Position numbers and translations under genes: made by a program. Shown here piece after piece: positions 17,721 through 25,883 of a stretch of 64,000 nt of DNA. The notes under the pieces were generated by a model, which was given only the letters and a program-made list of their open reading frames with translations, searched no databases and was not told where the DNA came from. This DNA comes from an uncultured Candidatus Saccharibacteria bacterium (GTDB lineage: Bacteria > Patescibacteriota > Saccharimonadia > Saccharimonadales > JAGQNJ01), in the NCBI GenBank assembly GCA_964504275.1, contig CAZDDV010000002.1:12822-76821 (forward strand), in the 5' to 3' direction. How positions within the stretch are numbered: the stretch's first letter is position 1; each line of letters begins with the position of its first letter.

Positions 17721-18395
17721 ATGATAAGAAATAATCAAAAGGGTTTTAGTGCAGTAGAAATTTTAATAGTAACTGTAGCTATAGGGCTAATTGGTGCGAT
17801 GGGATATTTTGTTTATCAGCGTACTCAATCAAATAAAGCTGCGCCAGCAGAAGCAAACACAACGGCAGACCAAACAACTGCGCCACAAACAGATGATGAA
17901 CAAAAAAGTACCGAGGAGCGAACATACAAAGGCACACGTTACGCATCATCAAAGGGTGCATTTAGTATGGAGTTACTCAACGGCTGGACGGTTGAACAGG
18001 ATACTACGTATGATTATTTCTTTCAGTATGACACTGAAAAGTTAGAATATGACGCATCCAAAAAACCAGTAATTAAAACCACTGATTCAAGCGGTGCCGG
18101 TGGATTTATCCCAGGCATTAAAATATCTGTAAATAAGCACAACGAAGCAATCACAAAGGGTGACTCTTTTGAGCTTGATGATGGCACCACAGGAATTTGC
18201 GTGCAAGATGTAACGACACACAAGCAAGACGTCAATGATCTTATGCGCGAAAATGTAGGAAATTTTATTTCCAAAAACTGTTACTTTAAAAAAGGCAGCC
18301 TAAAAATGTCAGCATCGTACAGCTACTACGAGAAAGAGCCTATCGATATTAAAGCGATTGAAGCAGCGTTTAAAACAATCCAGTTCGAAAAGTAA
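17721..18395 (+). CDS. prepilin-type N-terminal domain protein (pilin-like)
   Basis: MIRNNQKGFSAVEILIVTVAIGLIGAMGYFVY is a class III signal peptide (G/FSAVE). AGGAG RBS. Confidence 0.7.
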   Translation: MIRNNQKGFSAVEILIVTVAIGLIGAMGYFVYQRTQSNKAAPAEANTTADQTTAPQTDDEQKSTEERTYKGTRYASSKGAFSMELLNGWTVEQDTTYDYFFQYDTEKLEYDASKKPVIKTTDSSGAGGFIPGIKISVNKHNEAITKGDSFELDDGTTGICVQDVTTHKQDVNDLMRENVGNFISKNCYFKKGSLKMSASYSYYEKEPIDIKAIEAAFKTIQFEK

Positions 18396-18681
18396 GAACA
18401 AAAAAGCAGAAGTTTACTTCGAGCACATTCGGAAATGTGGCGGTGGTGAAAACGGTGAAGGCAAATACGCAGAGTATATCAAGGACTTTGCCCAATACGT
18501 TACCGACAATATTAAACGGAATTGACACTTCAGCCAGTAGTAATTAGTACACATTATGGTTGCGCGGGTTTGTCGTCACCGGATTACGCATCTTCGGTGT
18601 GTCAAAGTTTTGTTGGATGGTTTCATTAAATTCTATCTTTTCAAATAGCGTATAATAAGGCCGAAACCTTAAGGAGTAGAT

Positions 18682-18741
18682 ATGTCTAAAGATCGTGGCC
18701 GTAAAGAAGTCAAAAAACCCAAAAAAGCAAAAGTAGTTTAA
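18682..18741 (+). CDS. candidate 19-aa Lys-rich micro-ORF (MSKDRGRKEVKKPKKAKVV)
   Basis: TATAAT lies about 25 nt upstream, and AAGGAG lies 7 nt before the ATG. Confidence 0.3.
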   Translation: MSKDRGRKEVKKPKKAKVV

Positions 18742-18896
18742 ACACCGATCCAACGCAGTGTAATTAAAGAGAGCCAGCAAAAATTAAAACATAAGTTTGT
18801 TGACATTAAAGCAAAAGCATGATAGTATGTAGTTACTGTTAAGAAACAAAAACAGTAGCAAAAATATCAAAAAACAAAAAGGATGGGCAAAAAATA

Positions 18897-18974
18897 ATGA
18901 ACGAACTAACATACGAGTTTGCTGCAACAATCGATGATCGCATTGCAAAAATCGACAAATTGCTACAAAGCTAA
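18897..18974 (+). CDS. candidate 25-aa micro-ORF (MNELTYEFAATIDDRIAKIDKLLQS)
   Basis: ATG preceded by AAAAGGATGG, and followed by a strong terminator at 19009-19030. Confidence 0.25.
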   Translation: MNELTYEFAATIDDRIAKIDKLLQS

Positions 18975-19008
18975 TCACAAACTAGCTAATTATTAAACCA
19001 GCAAAAGG

Positions 19009-19030
19009 CCTCTCGCAAGAGAGGTTTTTT
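19009..19030 (+). terminator. rho-independent terminator
   Basis: CCTCTC-GCAA-GAGAGG followed by TTTTTT. Confidence 0.65.
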
Positions 19031-19051
19031 GTTTAGTGGTAAAATATACAT

Positions 19052-19534
19052 ATGAATAAAAAACTTCTACTTATCGGTGTAATTTTGCTGGCAATTGCCA
19101 GTGCAGCTGTATTTTTGGTACTACGGCCAACAAGTCAGCAAGATCAATCAGTCGAACCAAATACAATTGAAACCATGACAAGTACGACAAGCGAAAAATC
19201 AAAACCCGCGGCACAAAGTGAAAATACGCCAGGCGAATATATTGATTACAAATCAGGAATTATCGACGAAACAAACGGCACAAAGATTCTATTTTTCCAT
19301 GCACCGTGGTGTCCACAGTGTCGCGATTTGGAATCTGACATCAAATCCAGTGGCATACCCGACGGTGTCACGATCATAAAAGTCGATTACGACACCAACC
19401 AAGCACTCCGCCAAAAATACGGCGTCACACTACAGACCACAGTGGTTTTAGTTGATGACGAAGGCAAGGCAATCAAAAAATTCGTAGCGTATGATGATCC
19501 AAGTTTAAGCGCCGTAAAGAAAAATCTGTTGTAA
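19052..19534 (+). CDS. membrane-anchored thioredoxin-fold protein
   Basis: 160 aa with an N-terminal TM helix and the active site FFHAPWCPQCRDL (CxxC). Confidence 0.75.
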   Translation: MNKKLLLIGVILLAIASAAVFLVLRPTSQQDQSVEPNTIETMTSTTSEKSKPAAQSENTPGEYIDYKSGIIDETNGTKILFFHAPWCPQCRDLESDIKSSGIPDGVTIIKVDYDTNQALRQKYGVTLQTTVVLVDDEGKAIKKFVAYDDPSLSAVKKNLL

Positions 19535-20274
19535 TGGTTTTATTTATTTTGTCATTTTTGGCTGGCGCGCTAACAATTTTAGCGCCGTGTATTCTGCCGC
19601 TGTTGCCAATTATTATTGGCGGATCTTTAGTCGGTAACGATCAAAAGAAGCAGGACAAACAGTGGTTACGTCCGCTCGTAATCGCGGCGAGCTTAGCAGC
19701 GTCGGTGGTTGTTTTTACGTTGCTGCTAAAAGCCAGCACGGCGCTACTAGGACTGCCAACAATGTTCTGGCAAGTTGTGTCGGGCGTGATTGTGCTGGCA
19801 TTTGGCTTCAGTATGGTGTTCCCAGAGATATGGGAAAAGATGTCGAGTAAATCAGGATTGTACACTAGCAGTAATAGATTGCTTGGTAAAACATTCAAAA
19901 AGAACGGACTATTCGGCGCGATGTTAATGGGAATGGCGCTCGGCCCGGTATTTAGTAGCTGTAGTCCGACCTATTCGTTAATTGTGGCGACCGTGTTGCC
20001 TGTGTCGTTTTGGGAAGGGCTGATTTATCTGAAGGCTTACGCAATTGGACTCGCCAGCGCGCTTTTGATTGTGTCTTACGTTGGGCAGAGTTTGGTGCAA
20101 AAACTTGGCTGGCTCAGCAATCCAAAAGGTTGGTTCAAGCGCAGTATCGGCGCGTTGTTTATTGTTGTCGGTTTGAGCGTTGTGTTTGGGCTAGATAAAA
20201 AAACGCAGGCGTATGTACTAGAGCGAGGTTGGTATGACCCAATCAGCAACATTGAAAAAAGCCTACGCGATTAG
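19534..20274 (+). CDS. ccdA: CcdA/DsbD-type thiol-disulfide electron transporter
   Basis: 246 aa with LAPCILPLLPIIIGG and a second Cys motif (PVFSSCSPTY). It is coupled to the thioredoxin gene (overlapping TAATG). Confidence 0.8.
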   Translation: MVLFILSFLAGALTILAPCILPLLPIIIGGSLVGNDQKKQDKQWLRPLVIAASLAASVVVFTLLLKASTALLGLPTMFWQVVSGVIVLAFGFSMVFPEIWEKMSSKSGLYTSSNRLLGKTFKKNGLFGAMLMGMALGPVFSSCSPTYSLIVATVLPVSFWEGLIYLKAYAIGLASALLIVSYVGQSLVQKLGWLSNPKGWFKRSIGALFIVVGLSVVFGLDKKTQAYVLERGWYDPISNIEKSLRD

Positions 20275-20309
20275 GGCACCTCTGTTTTTCGTGGTATAAT
20301 TATCAACAT

Positions 20310-20519
20310 ATGGAAGAAGATGAAATCAAGGCGGCTTTAAGCGTTATGGAAAAAGACGCTGGCATGCATACAAAATCAAGCTACGCTGCGAACGCTACGC
20401 TTTGGCCAAAAAATTCGATGACATTCACCGAAAAACACTTGGCGTATATCAAGGCGCACCCAACGTTGAACCCAAAGCATTATTTGTCGAATCTGCGACT
20501 TAAAATCACAAAACGCTAA
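20310..20519 (+). CDS. hypothetical protein (69 aa)
   Basis: ORF only. A TATAAT-like box lies upstream (GTGGTATAAT). Confidence 0.4.
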   Translation: MEEDEIKAALSVMEKDAGMHTKSSYAANATLWPKNSMTFTEKHLAYIKAHPTLNPKHYLSNLRLKITKR

Positions 20520-20585
20520 ATAACGTATTGTGTGAACCCCGAACAAAAGTAATCTTTTGTGCGGAAGAGGAGAAAGCACGGAGAT

Positions 20586-20626
20586 CAAACTAAAAAAGCG
20601 CTACTTGTTTGCGCTTTTTTAGTTTG
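20586..20626. terminator. bidirectional terminator (16-bp inverted repeat)
   Basis: CAAACTAAAAAAGCGC ... GCGCTTTTTTAGTTTG between a plus-strand ORF and a minus-strand tRNA. Confidence 0.6.
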
Positions 20627-20645
20627 ATTGAAGGGAATTTCGACG

Positions 20646-20722
20646 TGGTAGCGGTGACTGGATTTGAACCAGTGACCTCAGGCTTATGAGTCCTGCGCTC
20701 TAACCAACTGAGCTACACCGCC
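20646..20722 (-). tRNA. tRNA with CAU anticodon (probably elongator Met; Ile2 not excluded)
   Basis: Reverse complement folds as GGCGGTG-TA-GCTC-AGTTGGTTA-GAGC-G-CAGGA-CTCATAA-GCCTG-AGGTC-ACTGG-TTCAAAT-CCAGT-CACCGCT-A-CCA. Confidence 0.85.
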
Positions 20723-20831
20723 ACGATATAATTGTAATAGGTACGTTCGCATTGCGAAATTGGTTACAGCTAGATGTTTTTTGTTGGTTAGTGCTTACTC
20801 GCGATTATTATTTTTTTCGCCTTCGGCTTGG

Positions 20832-20850
20832 CCAACTGAGCTACACCGCC
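20832..20850 (-). repeat. exact 19-nt copy of the 5' end of the tRNA at 20646-20722
   Basis: CCAACTGAGCTACACCGCC is identical to 20704-20722. There is no cloverleaf around it. Confidence 0.8.
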
Positions 20851-20891
20851 GCGTCAGCGTTAGCTTGCTAACTTACCGCTACGCTTCCTTG

Positions 20892-20933
20892 CAAATTTTT
20901 AAACAGCAACAAGTTGCTTGGTTTAAAAATTTG
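20892..20933. repeat. long AT-rich hairpin flanked by 8-bp direct repeats
   Basis: 13-bp arms CAAATTTTTAAAC/GTTTAAAAATTTG with an inner AGCAAC/GTTGCT pair. ACCGCTAC occurs at 20875-20882 and 20935-20942. Confidence 0.5.
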
Positions 20934-20972
20934 GACCGCTACACATAATAATTGTAGCTGAGACGGGTGCAA

Positions 20973-21455
20973 CTATAACAGATGTGGGGCATCTTGGCCA
21001 CTGTTTGTTTGGAGCATAGCACGGACAATATAGTCAACGTGAGCAAACGTTCGTTCGGGCTCTAGCCAAGTTTCGACAGCAAGAGCAGGCGGCGCGTGGC
21101 GGAGTATGTAATCTACTTCCTTTGCATTTCCAGGTTGGTGAGCTTGATCGGCCTCTTGTGCCTCGAAATCTGCTAACGAAACTGAACTAGTGTCGCCAAA
21201 TATCCGAAGATAACGAAGCGAAGCCGGGCAAACAAGAGGCATCACTAGTCCGCCAAATTCTCGCAAGCGTAACAAATCGTAGCGATCAAAAAGCCCATCA
21301 ATAACCGCCACTGGCGCGTTACTTTTTTCAATTTCGGATAGTTCGATTATCTCGCCGCCAAATTCCGATGCGATGCGACGCGTAACAGTAGTTGCGCCAG
21401 CTCTGGGTTTGCCGACAATTGCCAACGTCAGTTGATTGATCCTTGGAGCACTCAT
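20973..21455 (-). CDS. hypothetical protein with degenerate P-loop
   Basis: 160 aa. LAIVGKPRAGATTVTRRIA resembles a Walker A motif but lacks the canonical GK[ST]. Confidence 0.45.
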   Translation of the reverse strand: MSAPRINQLTLAIVGKPRAGATTVTRRIASEFGGEIIELSEIEKSNAPVAVIDGLFDRYDLLRLREFGGLVMPLVCPASLRYLRIFGDTSSVSLADFEAQEADQAHQPGNAKEVDYILRHAPPALAVETWLEPERTFAHVDYIVRAMLQTNSGQDAPHLL

Positions 21456-21492
21456 AGATATATTTTACAACATATAAACGTAATCGTACAGG

Positions 21493-21522
21493 TTTACATA
21501 ACAAGCATTTTGGCTGTATAAT
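21493..21522 (+). promoter_or_regulatory. candidate promoter of the pyrB leader
   Basis: TTTACA-N18-TATAAT (21517-21522), with TG immediately upstream. Confidence 0.4.
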
Positions 21523-21561
21523 AAAATCTCAGTATGCAGGACAAAACCTACAACTGAACCG

Positions 21562-21596
21562 ACACCCCGCAAGAAAAGCGAGGTGTTTTATTTTTT
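21562..21596 (+). terminator. leader terminator (candidate attenuator) upstream of pyrB
   Basis: ACACC-C-CGC ... GCG-A-GGTGT hairpin followed by TTTTATTTTTT, ending 11 nt before the pyrB ATG. Confidence 0.5.
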
Positions 21597-21607
21597 AAGG
21601 GGATAAA

Positions 21608-22603
21608 ATGGCGCAAACCAAAATCAATTCTAAAACAAAACAGCAAGACTTAAGTTTTCAAGAGCTTATTAAAACGGCCGCGAGTAGCGCGCCAAAACAC
21701 ATCATCTCGGTCAACCAATTCGACGACAAAGTATTGCTGGCTAATATTTTTGCCCGAGCAGCCGAATTTAAATCGATGCAGCCTAAAGATTATCCAAAAC
21801 CATTACAAGACAAAATCATTGCTACGATTTTTTATGAACCAAGCACACGCACGCGCTTATCATTCGAAACCGCCGCACAACGTCTGGGCGGTCAAATAAT
21901 TAGTACCGAAAACGCCGCTCAATTTAGTTCGGCAGCCAAAGGTGAAACTTTAGAAGACAGCATACGAACTATCAACGGCTACGCGGATGCGATCGTGCTT
22001 CGGCATCCAGAAATTGGTTCAGCGCAAACAGCCGCCAATATATCACACATACCAATTGTGAACGCAGGTGACGGGGCGGGGGATCATCCAACGCAAGCAC
22101 TCTTAGATTTATTTACAATCAAAGAAGCCAAAGGCAAAATTGATGGATTAAAAATTGGGCTCGTGGGTGATTTGCTAAACGGCCGCACGGTTCACTCACT
22201 GGTTCACTTACTGTCCATGTATAAACCAGAAATTATTTGCATCGCGCCGAAAAAATTGCAGCTGCCAGTAAAATATCAGGATATTTTAAAACAAAACAAT
22301 ATTTCCTATAGTCTGGTTGAAAGTTGGGACGATTGCATCGATGATATCGATGTGTTGTACATGACGCGAATTCAGAAAGAGCGATTTGAATCAGTCGAAG
22401 ATTATAACGAGCACAAAGACCAGTTTATTTTAAACTCCACGGAGCTCAAAAAAGCTAAAAAAGATCTGGCAATTATGCATCCGCTGCCACGCGTGAACGA
22501 AATCGCGATTGATATTGATGACGACCCACGCGCGATTTATTTCGAACAAGCCCGCAACGGTCTGTTTGTGCGAATGGCCTTACTAACGTATATTTTTGAG
22601 TAA
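21608..22603 (+). CDS. pyrB: aspartate carbamoyltransferase catalytic subunit
   Basis: 331 aa with FYEPSTRTRLSFETAAQRLGG, HPTQALLD and HPLPR motifs. Confidence 0.9.
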   Translation: MAQTKINSKTKQQDLSFQELIKTAASSAPKHIISVNQFDDKVLLANIFARAAEFKSMQPKDYPKPLQDKIIATIFYEPSTRTRLSFETAAQRLGGQIISTENAAQFSSAAKGETLEDSIRTINGYADAIVLRHPEIGSAQTAANISHIPIVNAGDGAGDHPTQALLDLFTIKEAKGKIDGLKIGLVGDLLNGRTVHSLVHLLSMYKPEIICIAPKKLQLPVKYQDILKQNNISYSLVESWDDCIDDIDVLYMTRIQKERFESVEDYNEHKDQFILNSTELKKAKKDLAIMHPLPRVNEIAIDIDDDPRAIYFEQARNGLFVRMALLTYIFE

Positions 22604-22613
22604 GGAGAAACTC

Positions 22614-23701
22614 ATGCAACAAACAACACCAATTTATGATCCGAGCAAAACGTTCGACGAAAATTTTGACAAAGGCCCTTTTGGCGTTTTTTCTGAGCAA
22701 GTCGTGTATAAAAATGTTGGCGAGCCAACCAACACCTTTTTAGGTTCCAAAGTTTACGAACCATTTGGAATTGCGGCTGGTCCACTGCCAACAAGCAAAC
22801 ATACAACCGGTGCATTTAACTGCGGGTTTGACGTGGTTTGCTATAAAACTCAGCGTAGTGTTAGCGCGCCGTGTAATGCGTTTCCGAATGTTATTCCTGT
22901 GTAGAAGTCGATGGCGACGTTACGGTTGAAAAGGCGGCTGCGGGTTTAACGCTGCGCGACGAATTTAACGAAGATCCAAAAAAACTCACCATCACAAATT
23001 CGTTTGGTAATCCATCACGCGGACCGGAATTTTGGCAAGACGATGTTAAAAAAGCGCTTAAAAATGTTGGCAAGGGCCAGCTGCTGATAATGAGTGTTTG
23101 CGGAACAATTGTTGAGGGTCAGTCGCAAGATGAATACTTTGAAGATTTTGCCAATGCTGCAAAAATGGTCGCCGTTGCTGGTGTAGAAGTTATCGAGCTT
23201 AATCTGTCTTGCCCGAATGTCGCAAACGAAGGAATTATTTGCTATACGCCAGCGGCAGTTAGTGCAATCGTAGAAAAAACTCGAGCAAAAATTGGCGACA
23301 AAAAGCTGATATTAAAATTTGGTTATTTTACAAAAGACCAACAAGCAACATTAGAAAAAATCCTAGAAGACGTCGCTGGTAAAATTGATGCATTTTCATT
23401 GATCAATACAATTCCAGCCGCTGTCCGCAAAAAAGATGGTTCACAAGCTTTGCCAGGCGAAGGCCGTTTGGTTTCAGGTTTGTGTGGCGCCGGCATAAAA
23501 TGGGCCGGAATTGATATGGTTAAAAGCATGAGTGATTTGCGCAAAACCAAAGGATATACGTTTGAGATCATCGGTGTTGGTGGCGTCATGACGCCAGACG
23601 ACTACAAAGAATATCGCGCAGCTGGCGCAGACTGCGTACAATCCGCAACGGGTGCTATGTGGAACCCAAAACTGGCCCAAGAAATCAAAGCTAGCTTGTA
23701 A
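22614..23701 (+). pseudogene. pyrD: dihydroorotate dehydrogenase-like gene split by a frameshift
   Basis: AAGGAG then the ATG at 22614. Frame 0 stops at the TAG at 22902-22904. The -1 frame is open from 22877 (..VEVDGDVTVEKAAAGLTLRDEF..) and runs into the track ORF 23090-23701, which has ELNLSCPN and IGVGGV motifs. Confidence 0.75.
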
Positions 23702-24749
23702 TAAGCTGCGCGGAGCCAGGGCGAGAAATTATTTTTCCGTTTTCGTAAACTTTGTTGCCACGTAGATACACGGCGGTTACTTTGCCGATAACCTTTTGGC
23801 CGTCGAACGGGCTCCAACCACATTTGGTTTTAAGCTCACTATTTTTGATTGTGTACTCAGACATGTCGACTTCTACTTTTGTGGTGGCGTCGGTTTTTAT
23901 ATTAAAAATCTTGGCTGGATTGTGGTGCAGGCGATCTAGCAATTGTGTGCGACTCAGTTTGCCTTCGGCTTCTGCGGTTAGCATGAGCGATAGTTGTGTT
24001 TCTAAATTCGGCACGCCAAATGGTGGCTCCTTGCTTTGTTTTTCTTCAACAGTGTGCGGGGCGTGATCGGACTCGATAATGTCGATTGCGTCCAGATGAT
24101 TCCACAAAAAGTCTTGGTCTTTCCTGCTTTTAAGCGAAGGCTTCATCATGGCCCAGGCACCTTTTTGAGCAAAATCTTTGTCGGTCATTAACAAGTGATG
24201 GGGCGTGACGCCGCAGGTAATTGGCAGGCCTTTTTCTTTGGCTTTAATGACAAAACTTAGTTCGGCCTCACTTGATACATGGCAAATATGCGTCGGCGCT
24301 TTAATTTCTTTCATGGTTTTAAAAACGGTTTCGGATACGTCGTCTTCGGCGTGCAACAAAATTGGCTTGTTGGTTACGGCCGCCCAAGCTTTGTAGATTT
24401 CGATTAATCGATTGGCATCAATTATGAAATTTCCGGTTGTGACATTCATGTAGACTTTTAGGCCAGTCACGTAATTGACGACTTTTTCGAACTCATCAAA
24501 GTTATCGGCAAGCGTTCCAAAATGTAGTCCTACGTTGCATACGATTTGTTTTTTGGCGCTAGCCATTTTTGCCTCAAGTCGTTCTAGCGTGGTGATTGGC
24601 TCGGCATTGTTCGGCATATCCATAATAGTTGTATAGCCGCCAGCTAGCGCAGCGGACGTGCCGGTTAAAAAATCTTCTTTGTATGTTTGGCCGGGATCTC
24701 GCAAATGAACATGAGGGTCGATTAAGCCCGGAAGTGTAATTGTTTTCAT
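23691..24749 (-). CDS. pyrC: dihydroorotase
   Basis: 352 aa with LPGLIDPHVHLRDPG and amidohydrolase metal ligands. Confidence 0.85.
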   Translation of the reverse strand: MKTITLPGLIDPHVHLRDPGQTYKEDFLTGTSAALAGGYTTIMDMPNNAEPITTLERLEAKMASAKKQIVCNVGLHFGTLADNFDEFEKVVNYVTGLKVYMNVTTGNFIIDANRLIEIYKAWAAVTNKPILLHAEDDVSETVFKTMKEIKAPTHICHVSSEAELSFVIKAKEKGLPITCGVTPHHLLMTDKDFAQKGAWAMMKPSLKSRKDQDFLWNHLDAIDIIESDHAPHTVEEKQSKEPPFGVPNLETQLSLMLTAEAEGKLSRTQLLDRLHHNPAKIFNIKTDATTKVEVDMSEYTIKNSELKTKCGWSPFDGQKVIGKVTAVYLRGNKVYENGKIISRPGSAQLITS

Positions 24750-24858
24750 ATACTAGTTATAGCATTAAATGTGTTGTCGATGATACGTTGTGATGAGCAA
24801 ATTTTGGGAGTACACTAAAAATAATATGGTTCGAACATGGTAAAAGTATGGCAGTAAA

Positions 24859-25845
24859 ATGGTAAGGGCAAGGGGACGACATTTAAAAGTTTTGACTGGC
24901 CGCGCTCATCCGGCGTTGGCAAAAGAAGTCGCAAAACATCTTGGTGTGCCACTCGGCAAAGTCGATCTTGGCAATTTTGCAAACGGCGAAATAAGCTGTA
25001 AACTCGGCGACTCGGTCCGCGGCGAAGATGTGTTTATTGTCCAGTCGCACAGCGCAGTGATGGGCGCCGGCTCGGTTAACGATGCCCTAATGGAACAACT
25101 GCTGATGATCGACGCCGCCAAGCGCGCATCGGCCCGATCAATTACCGCAGTTTGTCCTTTTTTGGGCTACGCTCGTCAAGATCGAAAAGCCAGCGGCCGC
25201 GAACCAATTACAGCGCGTTTAATCGTAGACCTCATTGCAGCTTCTGGTGCCGATAGAATTATCAGCATTGATTTGCACTCTGGCCAGACGCAAGGATTTT
25301 TCTCGGGCCCGTTTGACCATTTAATTGCAGCGCCAACTCTACTTAAATATATCCAAAAAAACTTTGGCAAAGATTTAGTGATTGTATCGCCCGACGCCGG
25401 CCGCGTAAAAATGTCCGAACGTTATGCTAGTGAGCTTAAAACCGACATGGCGATTATTCATAAGCATCGCTCAACCACCAAGAAAAATTCGGTCGAGGCC
25501 AAATATCTAATCGGCGAAGTCAAAGGCCGAAACTGCTTGATCATGGACGACATGATCGACACAGCTGGCACAATTTGTGCGGCCGCAGATTTGCTAGCAA
25601 AAAATGGTGCCAAAAAAATCTACGGCGCCGCAACGCATGGAGTTTTGTCTGATCCAGCACTAAAGCGAATCCAAGATTCTGCGTTCACAAAAGTTGTGGT
25701 CACAAACACGCTGCCGTTAGTTGCTGGCAAAAAAGATTCCAAAATTGCCACAGTTACGATCGCACCATTAATTGCCGACGCCATAAATGCAATTTTTGCC
25801 TACAGCTCTGTCTCAGCAATCTTTGGCGGCAAAAATCAGTTTTAG
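24859..25845 (+). CDS. prs: ribose-phosphate pyrophosphokinase
   Basis: 328 aa with GYARQDRK and the PRPP loop LIMDDMIDTAGT. Confidence 0.9.
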   Translation: MVRARGRHLKVLTGRAHPALAKEVAKHLGVPLGKVDLGNFANGEISCKLGDSVRGEDVFIVQSHSAVMGAGSVNDALMEQLLMIDAAKRASARSITAVCPFLGYARQDRKASGREPITARLIVDLIAASGADRIISIDLHSGQTQGFFSGPFDHLIAAPTLLKYIQKNFGKDLVIVSPDAGRVKMSERYASELKTDMAIIHKHRSTTKKNSVEAKYLIGEVKGRNCLIMDDMIDTAGTICAAADLLAKNGAKKIYGAATHGVLSDPALKRIQDSAFTKVVVTNTLPLVAGKKDSKIATVTIAPLIADAINAIFAYSSVSAIFGGKNQF

Positions 25846-25883
25846 GCTAATCCTAGGCTAGTTTTAAGTTAAGATTAGACGTA

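Noticed and set aside
18396-18534. A stop-free stretch of about 45 codons (..EVYFEHIRKCGGGENGEGKYAEYIKDFAQYVTDNIKRN) just after the pilin-like gene, in a different frame.
   Set aside because: It has no start codon or RBS. It could be a remnant, but the evidence is insufficient for a feature.
22877-22904. Programmed -1 ribosomal frameshifting in pyrD.
   Set aside because: There is no X-XXY-YYZ slippery heptamer and no obvious downstream stimulatory structure in the permitted window. A mutation or an assembly indel is more parsimonious.
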